Below, in pieces: positions 26,088 to 40,155 of a DNA stretch of 64,000 nucleotides. Under the pieces are notes generated by a model that had not been told where the DNA came from, searched no databases, and was given only the letters and a program-made list of their open reading frames with translations. The stretch spans positions 29,791,758 to 29,855,757 of the forward strand of contig NC_068986.1 in the NCBI RefSeq assembly GCF_001194135.2, read 5' to 3'. Both the position numbers and the translations under genes were made by a program. How positions within the stretch are numbered: position 1 is the first letter of the stretch; every line of letters starts with the position of its first letter. This DNA comes from Octopus bimaculoides (Eukaryota).

Positions 26088-26351
26088 GAAAACACCTAAA
26101 GCTCCACGAGGCTCCGGCAGGGGATGGTGGAAAACCCTGCTGTACTCTTTCACCACAACTTTCTCTCACTCTTACTTCCTGTTTCTGTTGTGCCTGTAAT
26201 TCAAAGGGTCAGGCTTCTGACACTGTGTCACGCTGAATATCCCTGAGAACTACGTTAAGGGTACACGTGTCTGTGGAGTGCTCAGCCACTTGCATGTTAA
26301 TTTCACGAGCAGGCTGTTCCGTTGATCAGATCAACTGGAACCCTCGACGTC
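26088..26351 (+). mobile_element. tRNA-derived SINE, family C (head hidden in gap)
   Basis: GAAAACACCTAAAGCTCCACGAGGCTCCGG...GGAACCCTCGACGTC matches the 48364 copy almost base for base. Confidence 0.9.
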
Positions 26352-28157
26352 TTTTTTGACTGCATTGTATAGAATACTTTGTCTAAGGAGTCATTTTAAT
26401 GCTTATCACAGTATTTTCAATATATGAAATGTCAGTCTGTATTACGGCTGAAATATTGTTATTAATCATCAATAACTTTGGCTTTTCTCTGCTTTTTTTG
26501 AGTTAAGTCTCAACTAATTTTAACAGCATCCTTTTTCATGTCTATATAGCTTTTACAGGCATGTTTCCTCCTTATACCACTCACTCACACCACACACTTG
26601 TGATACTTAAGTGGCAAATCTGTATGACACTCCTTGTTGATTTAGTAGTCAAAAATTTGGTCGTTCTTTTATATAAGTGCCTCTATAAGATACCAAATGC
26701 GGAGTTTTTCAAAAATATAGGCCTGTCTCCTTTTTAAAAATATCCCCCCTCCCCTATATCCCTTTTTGAATTGTAACAAACAAATCACTGTTCATTACAT
26801 TTTCTGTCCACACTGCCCCTTAAGCCACCGTTGAAATTAACTGTTCTTAGAGAAGAAAAGCTTTGACCTATATTGTAAACTGGTCAGTAACACTTGAAGA
26901 GTGAATACACACACTAAATATGGTTGTTATGTATCTGCTTAGTATTTTCGTTACCATTACAACCAGCATTTCTCTACATCCTGTATTTGAAGAGTTCCTG
27001 CTTTGAGAGAGAGAAACAGAATGAGTAAGCCTCAACAATCCCTTGATGATTGTAACAATTAACCAAAGGTTTTATGCAACCACTGAACATGTGAGTCAAT
27101 TGGTTGCGGTTATATTATAGTCTGATAAGTGCTTAGAGCATGAGAAGTATTATTGTCTGGTGGCAGTGGTGGTGGTCGTCATCGTCGTCATCAGTTGAAC
27201 TGTTCAAGTAAAAAATTAGTTTTGTTTTGTTTCTTATCTTATTTACTTTTAATTTTTTTTCTGTGAACCATTCCCAGAATTATATGGCAATGAAATAAAA
27301 ACTTTCATTTAGTGGTTGATTAAACTGATATCTTGTGTTCAAGACACCTGATACTAGCTTTGAAAATAATAATCTGCAGCAGCAGTAGTAAGTAGTCCTT
27401 AGAGAAATAAAACAAAAAAGAATTCTTAAGAACTGGTACTTAAGCAAAGTGGATCTTGGTCTAGTATATGGCTTAAGTTTAGTGGAATGTTCTTGAGGGT
27501 GTATTGGTTTGGGGTTCCTGTCATAAAAAAAAAAAAGCTCCTATTAGAAAGTCATTACTGTGTCTTAATTTCTATTGTGTTGTGCTTCATATCAGGCTAT
27601 CCTTCTCCATGTCTGAAGAAAAGGATGCTGTTAGCAGTCCCCAGTGATCCTTTTTTAAAACCAGTTCCAAAAGATACAGAAAGAGAATTCCTGCCAGCCC
27701 TTAACTAGTACTTGATCAATGTCAGATGAGCCTCAGTGGGATTTAAGCTCAGGATGCAGATAGATAAAGAATACCACTAGGCATTTTATCCAATGCTTTA
27801 GCAGCTCTGTCAATTTGTTACCACCCGACTCAAAACTAATCTATGGATTTTACATGTAAAAAACAAGTGTTTGCATACATGCTCATACTTTTTTTTCAGA
27901 CTATTTCTTTTTTACTCTGTCTACCATAGTAGATTCACATTCATGTATGCATGTTCACAATTTTAGGATAAGGCCAGGTTTTGCTATTTTTCTTATCTTG
28001 ATATTTGGTAATGTACTCCTAATATAGTGGAATAAGGGCCTAAGAGCTTCTCTCCTGTCTCTCCTATCAAAGAATTTAATCTCAGAACTTGAAAAGTAAA
28101 GAATATAAACTAGACCTGCTCCCAACGATCTATGCCACATCCTGTGCACATGCTCTC

Positions 28158-28231
<74 letters not shown>

Positions 28232-28771
28232 AATAGACAGTTTGTTGACTTATTGTAATCAGTTATTCATCAATGGTTAATAGCCCTGTTAACTTTAGAA
28301 ATCCAAAAGGATACTGGGGGTTTTGTCATACATGCCTTTCCCCAAGGGTCATAAGTGTCATGCGACAAACATTCTCTCCTGACCCCACTTCACCCCATCC
28401 ATCACATTGTCAAATTCACTTTTTCCTAAGTTGATAATGTCAATCTTTTGGATCTGTCCTGGTCACAGCCTGCTAGCTACAACCAGCAGAAGATATCTCA
28501 GCTGCTCAAAGATTAGTTTTTTGGTTCATTAGAAGCCCTTTTTACATTTATATTTTCACATGCAATAGATAAATTAACAAAAAAGGTTTGCATTATGGGC
28601 TCAAAAGTCTATTTCTTGTTTTAAAATTGATTATTTCTAGTTGGCTAGGAAAAACTTAATTTACACTTTATTCTATTATTTTTGGCAATTATCTTTAAAT
28701 CACTTGTAATTTTATATATTGTAGTAGTAGTATTAGTTGATAATAAATCATAAATTTTCTCTCTTTTGCAG

Positions 28772-28816
28772 TACTATGAAATGTCATATGGTTTGAATGT
28801 TGAAATGCATAAACAG
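28772..28816 (+). CDS. gro/TLE: Groucho/TLE corepressor, Q-domain exon (45 nt, YYEMSYGLNVEMHKQ)
   Basis: Polypyrimidine tract and TTTTGCAG acceptor, 15 codons matching the conserved Groucho/TLE Q-domain motif, then a CAG|GTAAAT donor. Phase 0 at both ends. Confidence 0.97.
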
Positions 28817-31478
28817 GTAAATATATATTTTTTTTTCTTTTTAGCATTTTGTTTCCTGCTAAATATTGTTTATATTTTTTTAATCTTTTTTATCAGCATT
28901 TAATCTTTTGTTTCCCCCCTAATTATCATCCTCCTTCCATTTTCTTAAAAGAAAAAGAGAGAAAAAGGAAATATTGTGACTCATTCACTTTAAGAAACAC
29001 AAGCTAAGTAATAATGTCCCCCCTTTTTTTTAAAGTTGCCATCCTCAACCTTCCATTTTTTTACAAAAGAAGGTAAACTGTTATTAATTTTAATAATGTG
29101 GTAGTTTCTACTAAACAGAAAAGATTGCTTGCTTGTTATTTCTTTTTTTTCTTTTCTTCACAATGAATTCTCCCTACTTTACCTTCCATTAACATTGTGG
29201 CATCTATATTTTTATTGGTATTTTAATTATACACTTTTGGGAATTAAAGGCTCTTAGCCTCATTTGTAACAAAAGATTAAAAACACACTAGCAAACAATG
29301 TATAAGAAGGCAGTTAGGCTGAAGTAAAGCATAGAATGATATTATATGTAAAAACTGGAGGTGGTTTGATGAAGATGACTCAGGATATATCTTGACATCC
29401 CATTGCTCAGTAAGAGAAGAAAGTGGCTGAGGTATTTCTCATGTTAGTGGCACAAGGCTACTAATATTTTAGGAAGAAGTATTGTAACCACAAATTTTTC
29501 TATACACATTCCTCAGTATGGTGAGACACTGGTGAGGTTTGAACATAGAATGAAATAGGGCTGAATTAAATATGGTTTTCTTAAATCAGAAATTCTCAGA
29601 CTGACAAATACCAGCACTGCAAGCCCCCATTCCCAGTCATTTTATAAAAAAAAAAGACCCACTGTAGTCCTAGATGCACTATGCCTCAAGAAAAAAGACT
29701 GGATGCTCTTTATTGGAGCACCTTTACTCAGGGAGTCTGTTAGGTCAGCACAGATTTAGGGCTAAACTACTATATCCAGGCAGTCATGCAAACCATTGTC
29801 ATTGGAGGGTTCATAACTCATGCAAATTAACTATACATATATTTTATTTGCAGTTCCAAACACTAGCTTCAAGATGGATTAATCCCATGCTTTATATGGA
29901 ATCTAATATCTAAACTTTGATAATTTCACCATCATTTTACACTTGCTTTATATGTTGGCATGATTTGTATTTGTTTGTTCTTGTTGAGTTTTTGCCTCTC
30001 CTAGATGGGTCTAAGATCATATCTTGTTCATACATTTCGTTTTTGGTACGGGTTTTATACAGTGTACTGGATGTGGGGTGCATTTTATTGTAGCACTGCT
30101 AGATTGGTTGTCTTGCTCCTAACAAGACTGGGTTTTCTCTATGTTGTCTCAGTTTTAAAGCACTGTGTGCTTGAGAGGACGACTAAAAGAGTGAAGTAAA
30201 GAGAACCGCTACGAGAGATTGATCGAAGTGAAATTATGACATAGGAAACAGTGATAGGAAGGAAAGGCTAACAGAAGAAAATAATAGACGAGACAGTAAT
30301 AGCCAGCTCCATATTGGCTATTGAATAGAAAATCAGCATAAGCAGTGTGATGGAGGAATGAACAACATAGCATGATTTTTTTTTTCTTTTTAATTTGATA
30401 TATATGGGTGAGAATTAATTCCAAAGAATATGGCCATTTAATATTGTTTATATAAAACGGCAGCTATTAATCTGTGTGTGAGTGTGTGTTTGTTTAGTGT
30501 GTTTGTTCAAGATATTTTTAAGCTATGGTCAACATTTGTAATGTCTAAGATGTTTTTAAATATATATAAATAGTACTGGAGTTTAATTTTATTACTTTAT
30601 TGACACAGTTAATTGAAATGTTAGATTGGTTTATAGAGCAATGTGGCCTTTTGATTATAAATTGCACAGCTCTGACATGAAGAGAAGGATCTGTTATGGT
30701 GGTGGTGGTGGTGGGCTTTTTCTCTCTCTTTTTTTTTTATTCAGTTGGGTTGCTTTTGAAATTGGTAGTTACTTATTGGAGATCTTGAACTGATGTCATA
30801 TTTATTGCATACCATCTACATTACACACTCAATATGTTAATGATGAGCACAGTTCATTTATTTTTATTCCATTATCTGGCCAGTGAATCTCTTCCTGTCT
30901 CACTCCTTCCTTTTTTTTCTTCCCACATCTGCCCCCCCCCCNNNNNNNNNNNNNNNNNNNNNNNNNNNNNNNNNNNNNNNNNNNNNNNNNNNNNNNNNNN
31001 NNNNNNNNNNNNNNNNNNNNNNNNNNNNNNNNNNNNNNNNNNNNNNNNNNNNNNNNNNNNNNNNNNNNNNNNNNNNNNNNNNNNNNNNNNNNNNNNNNNN
31101 NNNNNNNNNNNNNNNNNNNNNNNNNNNNNNNNNNNNNNNNNNNNNNNNNNNNNNNNNNNNNNNNNNNNNNNNNNNNNNNNNNNNNNNNNNNNNNNNNNNN
31201 NNNNNNNNNNNNNNNNNNNNNNNNNNNNNNNNNNNNNNNNNNNNNNNNNNNNNNNNNNNNNNNNNNNNNNNNNNNNNNNNNNNNNNNNNNNNNNNNNNNN
31301 NNNNNNNNNNNNNNNNNNNNNNNNNNNNNNNNNNNNNNNNNNNNNNNNNNNNNNNNNNNNNNNNNNNNNNNNNNNNNNNNNNNNNNNNNNNNNNNNNNNN
31401 NNNNNNNNNNNNNNNNNNNNNNNNNNNNNNNNNNNNNNNNNNNNNNNNNNNNNNNNAAACACACACACACACACACAC

Positions 31479-31634
31479 GACGGGCTTCTTTCAGTTTCCG
31501 TCTACCAAATCCACTCACAAGGCTTTGGTCGGCCCGAGGGGCTATAGTAGAAGACACTTGCCCAAGGTGCCACGCAGTGGGACTGAACCCGGAACCATGC
31601 GGTTGGTAAGCAAGCTACTTACCACACAGCCACG
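31479..31634 (-). mobile_element. Family B SINE 5' half (young)
   Basis: GACGGGCTTCTTTCAGTTTCCGTCTACC...TACTTACCACACAGCCACG with CpGs intact; continues into (CA)n and the gap. Confidence 0.9.
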
Positions 31635-31645
31635 TATATGCACAT

Positions 31646-31798
31646 GACAGGCTTTTTTCAGTTTCTGTCTACTGAATCTACTCACAAGACATTGATCGGC
31701 CCAAGGCTATAGAAGACACTTGCCCAAGGTGCCACGCAGGAGGCCTGAACCCAGAACCATGTGGGTGGGAAGCAAACGTCTTACTACACAGCCACGCC
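31646..31798 (-). mobile_element. Family B SINE 5' half (older), in tandem with the previous copy
   Basis: Second, more diverged copy of the same ~155 nt starting 11 nt after the first. Confidence 0.85.
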
Positions 31799-32163
31799 AG
31801 CCATTCCCCATCCCACCCCCCTCAACAATGTGCACTTCTTGGCTTCTTCACAGCAAGCTCTTATTTCTTCAAGTGTTTTAGTCCGCTATAATACTTTCCT
31901 TCAGTTTAGTGATTACTAACTACTTGTACCACCGCCACTATTATTACCACTGCCAGTAATGATACCGCTTAGCTCATTTAATTAGCATTCCATTTAGACT
32001 AGCCACAGTGTCCTATAATCACTCATTTCCTAAACTATTGGAATTAACCCTCCACCTAACCTCCTGGTTTTTCTTCTTTTTCTTGTGTCTGTTTTATTTA
32101 AAATTTTATTTCAAGATTTGCTGGAAAGTGACTTATAAGAAAATTGATTCTGAATATCTTTTC

Positions 32164-32165
32164 TC

Positions 32166-32203
<38 letters not shown>
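32164..32203. repeat. (TTG)n trinucleotide microsatellite
   Basis: Directly visible. Confidence 0.95.
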
Positions 32204-32205
<2 letters not shown>

Positions 32206-34747
32206 GGAAATAATTTTCTCTGCTAGCATTCAAGGAAATCTTAGAGCTGGGCAGATATTTTCTTTCTACTTCAAAGATTAAGAATTCAGTCGTAATTTTG
32301 TATTAGGAACATTCAGTAAACAATAAACTAAACTAAATATATAGAATATTTTTCTATAACTTTATATAAATCCTTATATAAAGTATTTGTACCAAATGTT
32401 AACCTGTTATACAATAACAAAAACAAGCTATATATTTTATTAAATTTCTCTTGAATCTTGGTTTTTTTAATACGATAGTAAAGGGTTGTTAAAGATCTTT
32501 TTACTATTTGAGAAAGTAAGGCAAAAATGTTTGTACAACAAAGAAGTATATTCCATTTTGTTTCACTTTGCCTGTATGAACTTGTATTGCCAGAGTTCAA
32601 TTAAACTAGCTTGCAATTTTTTTCTTCCCTGCAAAATGTGTGTCTGTCTGTCTGTCCATGTCATTTCATGTTCACTTTCCAGGCTGGCATAGTGTATGTG
32701 TGTATACCTGCTTACGCACACACACACACACACCTTATTAATTGTTATATATGAATTATTGATACATTCCTCTGATAGTTTAATGTTGTTAATTGTATGA
32801 ATACTCACTTATATTGCACTCTCAAAGATGAAAATAAATATCAGAATTTCTGTTAGTTATTGCTTCTTCTCCCCTCCCCCCTCCCCGCCTCCCATCACCT
32901 ACCTACTCTCCATTCTTTTCACTTGAATCTCCTTGTTTTCTCACTCTTGACAAATATGTATGCAGAGATATTGCCACTGGCAAACTGCAGAAGATTTATT
33001 AACCGTGTAGTATATACAAGATTGCTTGTCATACTTTCTTCCTATCTTTCTTTCACTCTCTCCCTTATATTCTCTCTGTCTCTGTCTCTCTCTCTCATCA
33101 TCTTGAACACAAAAAGGCTTGTTAAGCCTAAAGCAGTGGTGGCACTCAGGCTGCAACTTGTTGAGGGCTCTCCAACCATTGCTTGAATGGTATAAACCAC
33201 TAGTCTGCTTGATTGACCAGCTCTGCTAGTATTTTGCATAAGTGGCTCTTTTCAGCTGCCTATTATGGTAGTGGACAGGATCCTATTTACAGTTGTTGCC
33301 TGTCACTGCCTCTTCAGCCAGTTTACTTCAACTGTTTTTGGACCACTGCCAACAGGAAAAAGGGATTGAAGAATCTAGTGCCTATGAAAGAGGCACTTTT
33401 GTCACCAAGTGGTTAGTCTAACAATTGTCCAACAATATTCATGGAATGCTTTTAACCAAATACCGTTCTTTGGTGCAAATCTTGAAAATCTGTAAGAAAT
33501 TGGTTTACAGAGCTGTTAGTTGTTAGATTCCACAAAGTAATTCTTACAGCTTATCAACATTTCTAAGTAGCTTTTGCTTCAACAAGATTCTTCATATTAA
33601 TGTATTTCATATATTCTGGAATTATCTGAAGGATATCTTTAATAAAATTGCTGTCAATCCATTTCTGCAAACAAGTTCAAGATAATGATCAAAGGAAAAC
33701 ATTCTTTTTTTCTTCCTCCTCTTCTTTTGTATCTTGACTTTTACTTTAATTGCTTCATGGCTAATTCTCAATTATTTGCCAAAAGTCTCCACTCCATAAG
33801 TTTGCTGTGTAGGATCTGTAGTACTCCAATTTATTTGTATTGTGTGAAAGTGCCCATGTGCCAGATAACAGGGATATCTTTCCAATGTGTTACACATGGG
33901 CTGTTGCTAGGTTACAATTATGCATTCACCATCAATTAATATTGTGTATCTGTCCAAGATGTTGTTGAGTTGGCAGAGTTGGTTAAATGTCAAATAGAAT
34001 GCTTTTTGTTATTTTCTCGTTTGTGGGTTCAAATCCTGCCAAGGCTAACTTTGCATTTCATCATTGAGCTTGATAAAAATACCAGTATTAAGATAATTAC
34101 CTTCTCTCTTTGTCCTGCCCTCTTTCTTTCTCCCCCCTCTCTCTGTGGAAGAAATCAGATATGTTAAAACCTGGTGGAGGCTCTATCAATTTCAAAATGC
34201 CCAAGATAGTGTGTTATGATGACTTTGTCAGAATTAGAAACCCCCATGGAAGAAGTGATTTGTTCTTTTCTAATGTGTAGAGAAAATTCATGATAATGTG
34301 GGGGGGGGGGTTTAAATGCTCTTGCTCTGCTATTAATAGAAATCACATTAATTTCACTGTTGTAGTGTTGTTTGTAATTTAAACCCTGCAACATATTACT
34401 TCACATCAGATTACATAAAGGTGGTATTCCCTAAAATCTGCAAATGTTTACAAGAAAACAAGCATGTATACATACACACATACACACACACACATGATCC
34501 TTAAATATCACTATCCATTCATGGATTGACATTTGAAATGCACTAACATCCATGGACACAAAATAGCATTCCCTTCAACCACCTACTTAAAAACTACTGG
34601 ATGCATTTCAACACATGAAACATATTTTTTTTTTAAATATCAACATCTACACTTTCGATTAATTCTGATATTACTATCCTAGTCCCATTCTCTCTCCAAA
34701 CCCTTTTTTCCCCTCATTTCAAACATCAAACTATATTATGTTTCCCA

Positions 34748-34805
<58 letters not shown>

Positions 34806-35881
34806 CTCTCTCTCTCTCTCTTTTTCTCCCTCTCATGTTTGTGTGTGTATATGTTGATGGTTGACCCAAAGTTTTTAGATAAAAATATGATTTGCTTCAT
34901 GTGTGTATCTGTTTTACTTTAAAGGCCCCACCACCTCCNNNNNNNNNNNNNNNNNNNNNNNNNNNNNNNNNNNNNNNNNNNNNNNNNNNNNNNNNNNNNN
35001 NNNNNNNNNNNNNNNNNNNNNNNNNNNNNNNNNNNNNNNNNNNNNNNNNNNNNNNNNNNNNNNNNNNNNNNNNNNNNNNNNNNNNNNNNNNNNNNNNNNN
35101 NNNNNNNNNNNNNNNNNNNNNNNNNNNNNNNNNNNNNNNNNNNNNNNNNNNNNNNNNNNNNNNNNNNNNNNNNNNNNNNNNNNNNNNNNNNNNNNNNNNN
35201 NNNNNNNNNNNNNNNNNNNNNNNNNNNNNNNNNNNNNNNNNNNNNNNNNNNNNNNNNNNNNNNNNNNNNNNNNNNNNNNNNNNNNNNNNNNNNNNNNNNN
35301 NNNNNNNNNNNNNNNNNNNNNNNNNNNNNNNNNNNNNNNNNNNNNNNNNNNNNNNNNNNNNNNNNNNNNNNNNNNNNNNNNNNNNNNNNNNNNNNNNNNN
35401 NNNNNNNNNNNNNNNNNNNNNNNNNNNNNNNNNNNNNNNNNNNNNNNNNNNNNNNNNNNNNNNNNNNNNNNNNNNNNNNGTTTTTTCCCCATATATTTAG
35501 AATCATGTCACAAGGTATGTGTGTATCTATCTATAATACATGCCGGTGGAAGCAGTTATTATTATTATTCACTTTCAACAACAACCACATCCTTCAAATT
35601 GCTTTGCCTACCAAGTTTTAATGGCCTCACAAACCCAATCAAAGAAAATCAGATAGATTCCATGCTGATAATGATTTCTTCCAAATAGCTGTAAGAAAGA
35701 AAAAAAGAGAGAGAGAGGTGGAGGAAAAAAAAAAAAGAACAAATTATTTGAGGTTGTCTCCCCTCTCCTCATCTCACCCATCTTCTACTGAATCTGCTTT
35801 TATTGATTGCTGCTGGCTGAAATATAGTCATTTCCACCCCCACCCCCCACACACCTTTCTTTTCTGATACCGTCAATGTTG

Positions 35882-36100
35882 TTTAACCCCAGGTCATCCC
35901 CGATCAAGCAAGCCTATGATCAAAGCATTGCATCTATAGCCACGCCATATTTTTTTCTTATTTATAGGAAAATCGCAGACCATATTATACGTTTTTTTTC
36001 TCCTTTTTTTATTTTATAGAAAGTGGTGTGTGATTCGAGGTAGATTTGGGTGCTATTATTTGTAGCTTGAGTGTCCATGTAGTGGCTCCCTCATTGGCTT
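35882..36100 (+). repeat. Unclassified dispersed repeat, family H
   Basis: TTAACCCCAGGTCATCCCCGATCAAGCA...GATTTGGGTGCTATT...GTAGTGGCTCCCTCATTGGCT. Related pieces at about 7585-7700 (-), 9360-9410, 12328-12395, 14270-14352, 43205-43375 and 56575-56730. Confidence 0.55.
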
Positions 36101-36237
36101 GGTTAATTTTGTAATAGAGGGTGAGGCTGGGTAATTTAAATGTAATTTATTCCTACATAATCACACTGGGTTAATTACTGACATTAAAGATATGCACTTT
36201 TTTTTAGTTCTGTTTTATCATCTCTCTCTCTCTCTTG

Positions 36238-36273
<36 letters not shown>

Positions 36274-36345
36274 ACCCAATTAGATATAGAATATTTCACT
36301 TTTGAAGTGCTGAACTGTCTTTTTATGTTGCTTAGCTCTGACTAT

Positions 36346-36398
36346 GAAATCTTGGAGCTTTTTACTGTAGAAATCTAGGAGCTTTTTACTGTAGAAAT
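36346..36398. repeat. 24-bp tandem duplication
   Basis: GAAATCT(T/A)GGAGCTTTTTACTGTA twice, followed by GAAAT. Confidence 0.9.
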
Positions 36399-36565
36399 AG
36401 TTGGATTTAACTAAAATAATGAATGCATATGATCCTTTAGGGTTTTTTTTTTTTTCATTCACTTTTATTTCACTAACTAATTCTGTACTGAGTTACCATG
36501 GTACTTAGTAGAGTTGGTGCCATTACCATAATTACAATTTTCTCTGTCATTTCCTCTCTCTCTCT

Positions 36566-36661
<96 letters not shown>

Positions 36662-38329
36662 ATGCACCAATCTGTATAATCGGAGCATTATCTCCAAACT
36701 AGAATTACAGCATATATAATATTTCCGAAAATAGAAATGTATTTTAAAGATATTGACAATAATCCTTCTTCATTTTCCACCTTCATTTCCATTTGTCTTA
36801 ATTAGCTGTAAAACGACTTTTGTTACCTACCACACACACACTCTTGCTCAGAGGGATATATGATTTTTTTTTGAGTATTTACAAAAGTGATGCGCCTGTA
36901 AATGGAACTTTGAATCAATTCAGTCTATTTTCTGGGTAGCTAGTTAGCTCTGAGCTCAGAAGTCAATGCTTTTTCTCTGTCTAGGCACGGCTGCTGTGTT
37001 TTGACAGGGGTGTCCTCCCATGCGTAGGGATTCTCTTCAATCTATAAGCAAAACTGTGTTGAAGGTTAATTTGCTTTGTTACAAGCATTTCATGTTGTTA
37101 GCATACTTAGAATGGATTTAACTTCAATCTAACAACCAGCAAAGAATCCAATTATTGTATTTGATGGCATAAAAGATATACAGGCATGTTAGATACATCC
37201 CAATGTCAGCTATGCATATTCAGGAAAAAGTGAACATCAGGGACGAAATTAGCTTATGGGAGATCCAACTTCACATATAGGGCCCAGAGGGAATGTGCAC
37301 CTTATATGCTACCAAATGCAGTAGAAAAGCTACTAGTATGCTTTGCAACAAAAATTGTTTAAAAAAAAGAAAAAGAAAAAAGTAATGAATCTTATTGTCT
37401 AATTGTGATCTGCAATGTATGGTTCTAAATCCCTTAATAGCAGCAACAATAAGTGTGCAGGGATTAGGAAAAGAGTCTGGAGAAGTTGGTACTTCGTTTT
37501 CTCTTGGTTACCACCACCAGTAGTTGTAACTCAAACCCCACTCCACTCAGTTTGTAAAGATAGTTTGGATGAGAGTAGAGTAGGGTAGGACAGGTGTTGA
37601 TTTTTTAGATAATTTTGTGAAAGCTAATGGTTAGAGAAAAATCAGTCCAATTTTTTCTTTGGAATAATATTTCTCTTTTGTAAACTCAGCCAAACAATGT
37701 TTTTCTTCAGATCTTCGTTGTCAGCCCAGTAAATTTCATTAAATGTAATTCTTTTGTAAAAATTGTTTCCTGTATGTTATTTTACTCCTATAATCTTCTT
37801 GCAATTCTCGGCTTTATTTGTTTTCCCATGAACTATAGATTGTTTTACTGTTAGAGATGATGCCATCCTGAATGCTAACTGTAATAATCAGTTGTCAAGA
37901 AGGAATAACCTTTTATTCTCAGTTAGATTAGAGAAAATACACAATCAAATAGTTTTATAAGCATTTGCACTCTTGGCCTTTTAAGCATGCTTGCACCAGG
38001 CTTCAACAGCTGCTGCTTGTGAAGTCAGAATACAAGGCAAACAACTGATGAGTTTCCTCTTTCCAGCACTGTTGACTCTGAGGTGGTGCACCTGCTCTAT
38101 TGACTGCATTTCCAAGAAAGCTTCTGCAATAATTCCTTTCTGCCTTATGTGTTTTCTGGCTTATTGTTAAAAACTAAGTCCTTTCTTTTTCCTTCTCTTC
38201 TAACTGCCACTACCATAAGAAATTTTGTTGGTTGCATTTTTGTCGCTCCTTTATCTTTATTTTGAACCATCAATGTATAAATTGCTCTGTCTCTTTGCTA
38301 TTTTAACGTTTGAAATCCCACATTACATG

Positions 38330-38341
38330 CTTGCCTCCCTC

Positions 38342-38372
<31 letters not shown>

Positions 38373-38550
38373 TCATGTAACCTCGTGGGCATCGGTACCA
38401 TTTTCCTCTTTCTCCGTTCTTCCATTCTCCAAACTTTCCATCTTTCCGACGAAGGGCTACGCCCGAAACGTCATACACTCTCTCTTTCCTTTCCTGAGCG
38501 TCCAATAATACTATCCATATCACGTCCTCACTTTGTTGTTTTTTTGAACT
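38330..38550 (+). mobile_element. Probable Penelope-like element terminal (pLTR-type) fragment containing a hammerhead-like motif
   Basis: Locally CpG-rich segment with CCGACGAAGGGCTACGCCCGAAACGTC, the YTGANGAAG-hairpin-CGAAACGT pattern known from Penelope-like element ends. Confidence 0.5.
38446..38472 (+). ncRNA. Minimal type I hammerhead ribozyme-like motif (U4C variant, weak stem I)
   Basis: C-C-G-A-C-G-A core (canonical CUGANGA), stem II GGGC/GCCC with UAC loop, GAAAC, palindromic ACGU and a GUC cleavage triplet. Confidence 0.4.
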
Positions 38551-38733
38551 ATATATATATATATATATATATATATNNNNNNNNNNNNNNNNNNNNNNNN
38601 NNNNNNNNNNNNNNNNNNNNNNNNNNNNNNNNNNNNNNNNNNNNNNNNNNNNNNNNNNNNNNNNNNNNNNNNNNNNNNNNNNNNNNNNNNNNNNNNNNNN
38701 NNNNNNNNNNNNNNNNNNNNNNNNNNNNNNNNN

Positions 38734-38948
38734 ATTAGCATTCAGATTACTCTGTCAAAAGTAATACTTATTTATTCCACATTATTTTAAAATTCATCTT
38801 GCATTATTTTGTGACTTTGAGAGTTTGATGAGCTGTTAATTTTTTCGAATGGTATTGTTGGGTTGGTGAAAGAAGTCAAATCTGGCCAGTTTGAGCATAA
38901 AACAGACTATTTTGCCTGGATATGGCCAGTTTAAATGCTAAAGGATTA
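38734..38948 (+). mobile_element. Family E MITE
   Basis: TTAGCATTCAGATTACTCTGTCAAA...GGCCAGTTTAAATGCTAAAGG. Confidence 0.7.
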
Positions 38949-39893
38949 CAGCAAATGGACTTTATTTCTTTTGCTGTTCAAGGGGGGGGGGCCTCAAAAC
39001 CTCACAATCCAATATGGCAGGAGCCGGTAATTCAGTGATTTAACCAGTGAGCTATTGTAGAAGGCTTCTGAATTATTTGCACTGTCTTCAAATAAAAATA
39101 AATAGTTGCATTAATTACTTATTGCTTTAATGTCATTTTATCTTGTGATAGCTTCATGTTGTTGTTTATCTTGTATCGAGTTTTATAGGATTTGCAATGC
39201 AGTTAGATATGCTATTATAGATATATAAGACTCCAATAAAAGAGAGCGAGGTAGAGAACAACACAGCTAATCTATAATTGGATGTGGTGGAGGTGAAGGA
39301 GGTGGGGGGAGGGTTAGATAAATCTAAGATGTTTCTTTAGGAGAAAGATGTGTGTGCATTGATCTTTTTCTTTTTGCTTGTTTTATATCTTGATCAATTT
39401 CTGTTATATCAGCAAACTAGTGCCATTTGTGTAGTTGATAAACATATATGTATATCTGTGTGTGTGTGCATACATACATACATACATACATACATACATG
39501 CACACAACTCATACATTAACACATGTGTACAAACATGGTGGGAAGACGAAAAAAGAATGAAACTAATCCATTTTGTAATGTTGGAATATTTGGCATGTCA
39601 ACATTCCCCGCCGCCTTCCATTGCTCCTCTATTCAAGTTTTCTGCCCCCTTTTTTTTCTTATATTGTGTAACCCTCTCTTCAGCTTTATTGTTACAGCTG
39701 TTGTCTTGGTAGTGACGGTGGTGCTATTGGTAAACATACACGCTCATCCCTCCCACATACCCAATACAATATATACATATATGTACCTGTGTGTATGTAT
39801 GTAATATAAAACACTAATGGCTACCATATTGATTGCAATCTTCTCTCCACCTAAATGTCCATTGTTTTCTTTCCACTTCCTCTCCCATTAGAC

Positions 39894-39943
<50 letters not shown>

Positions 39944-40113
39944 TCGTCTGTATATATCTCTCTCTCTCCCTTTTTTGTTTTATTTCTGCCTCCTGGTCTT
40001 TACTCAAATTCATCTCCTCTGTGGTTGGCAACACATCTTGCCAATCATCAATGTTGGAAACAATGGAGAAAAACAGTTTGTGCTAGATTATTTGACAAGA
40101 TAACCTTAATATA

Positions 40114-40155
<42 letters not shown>

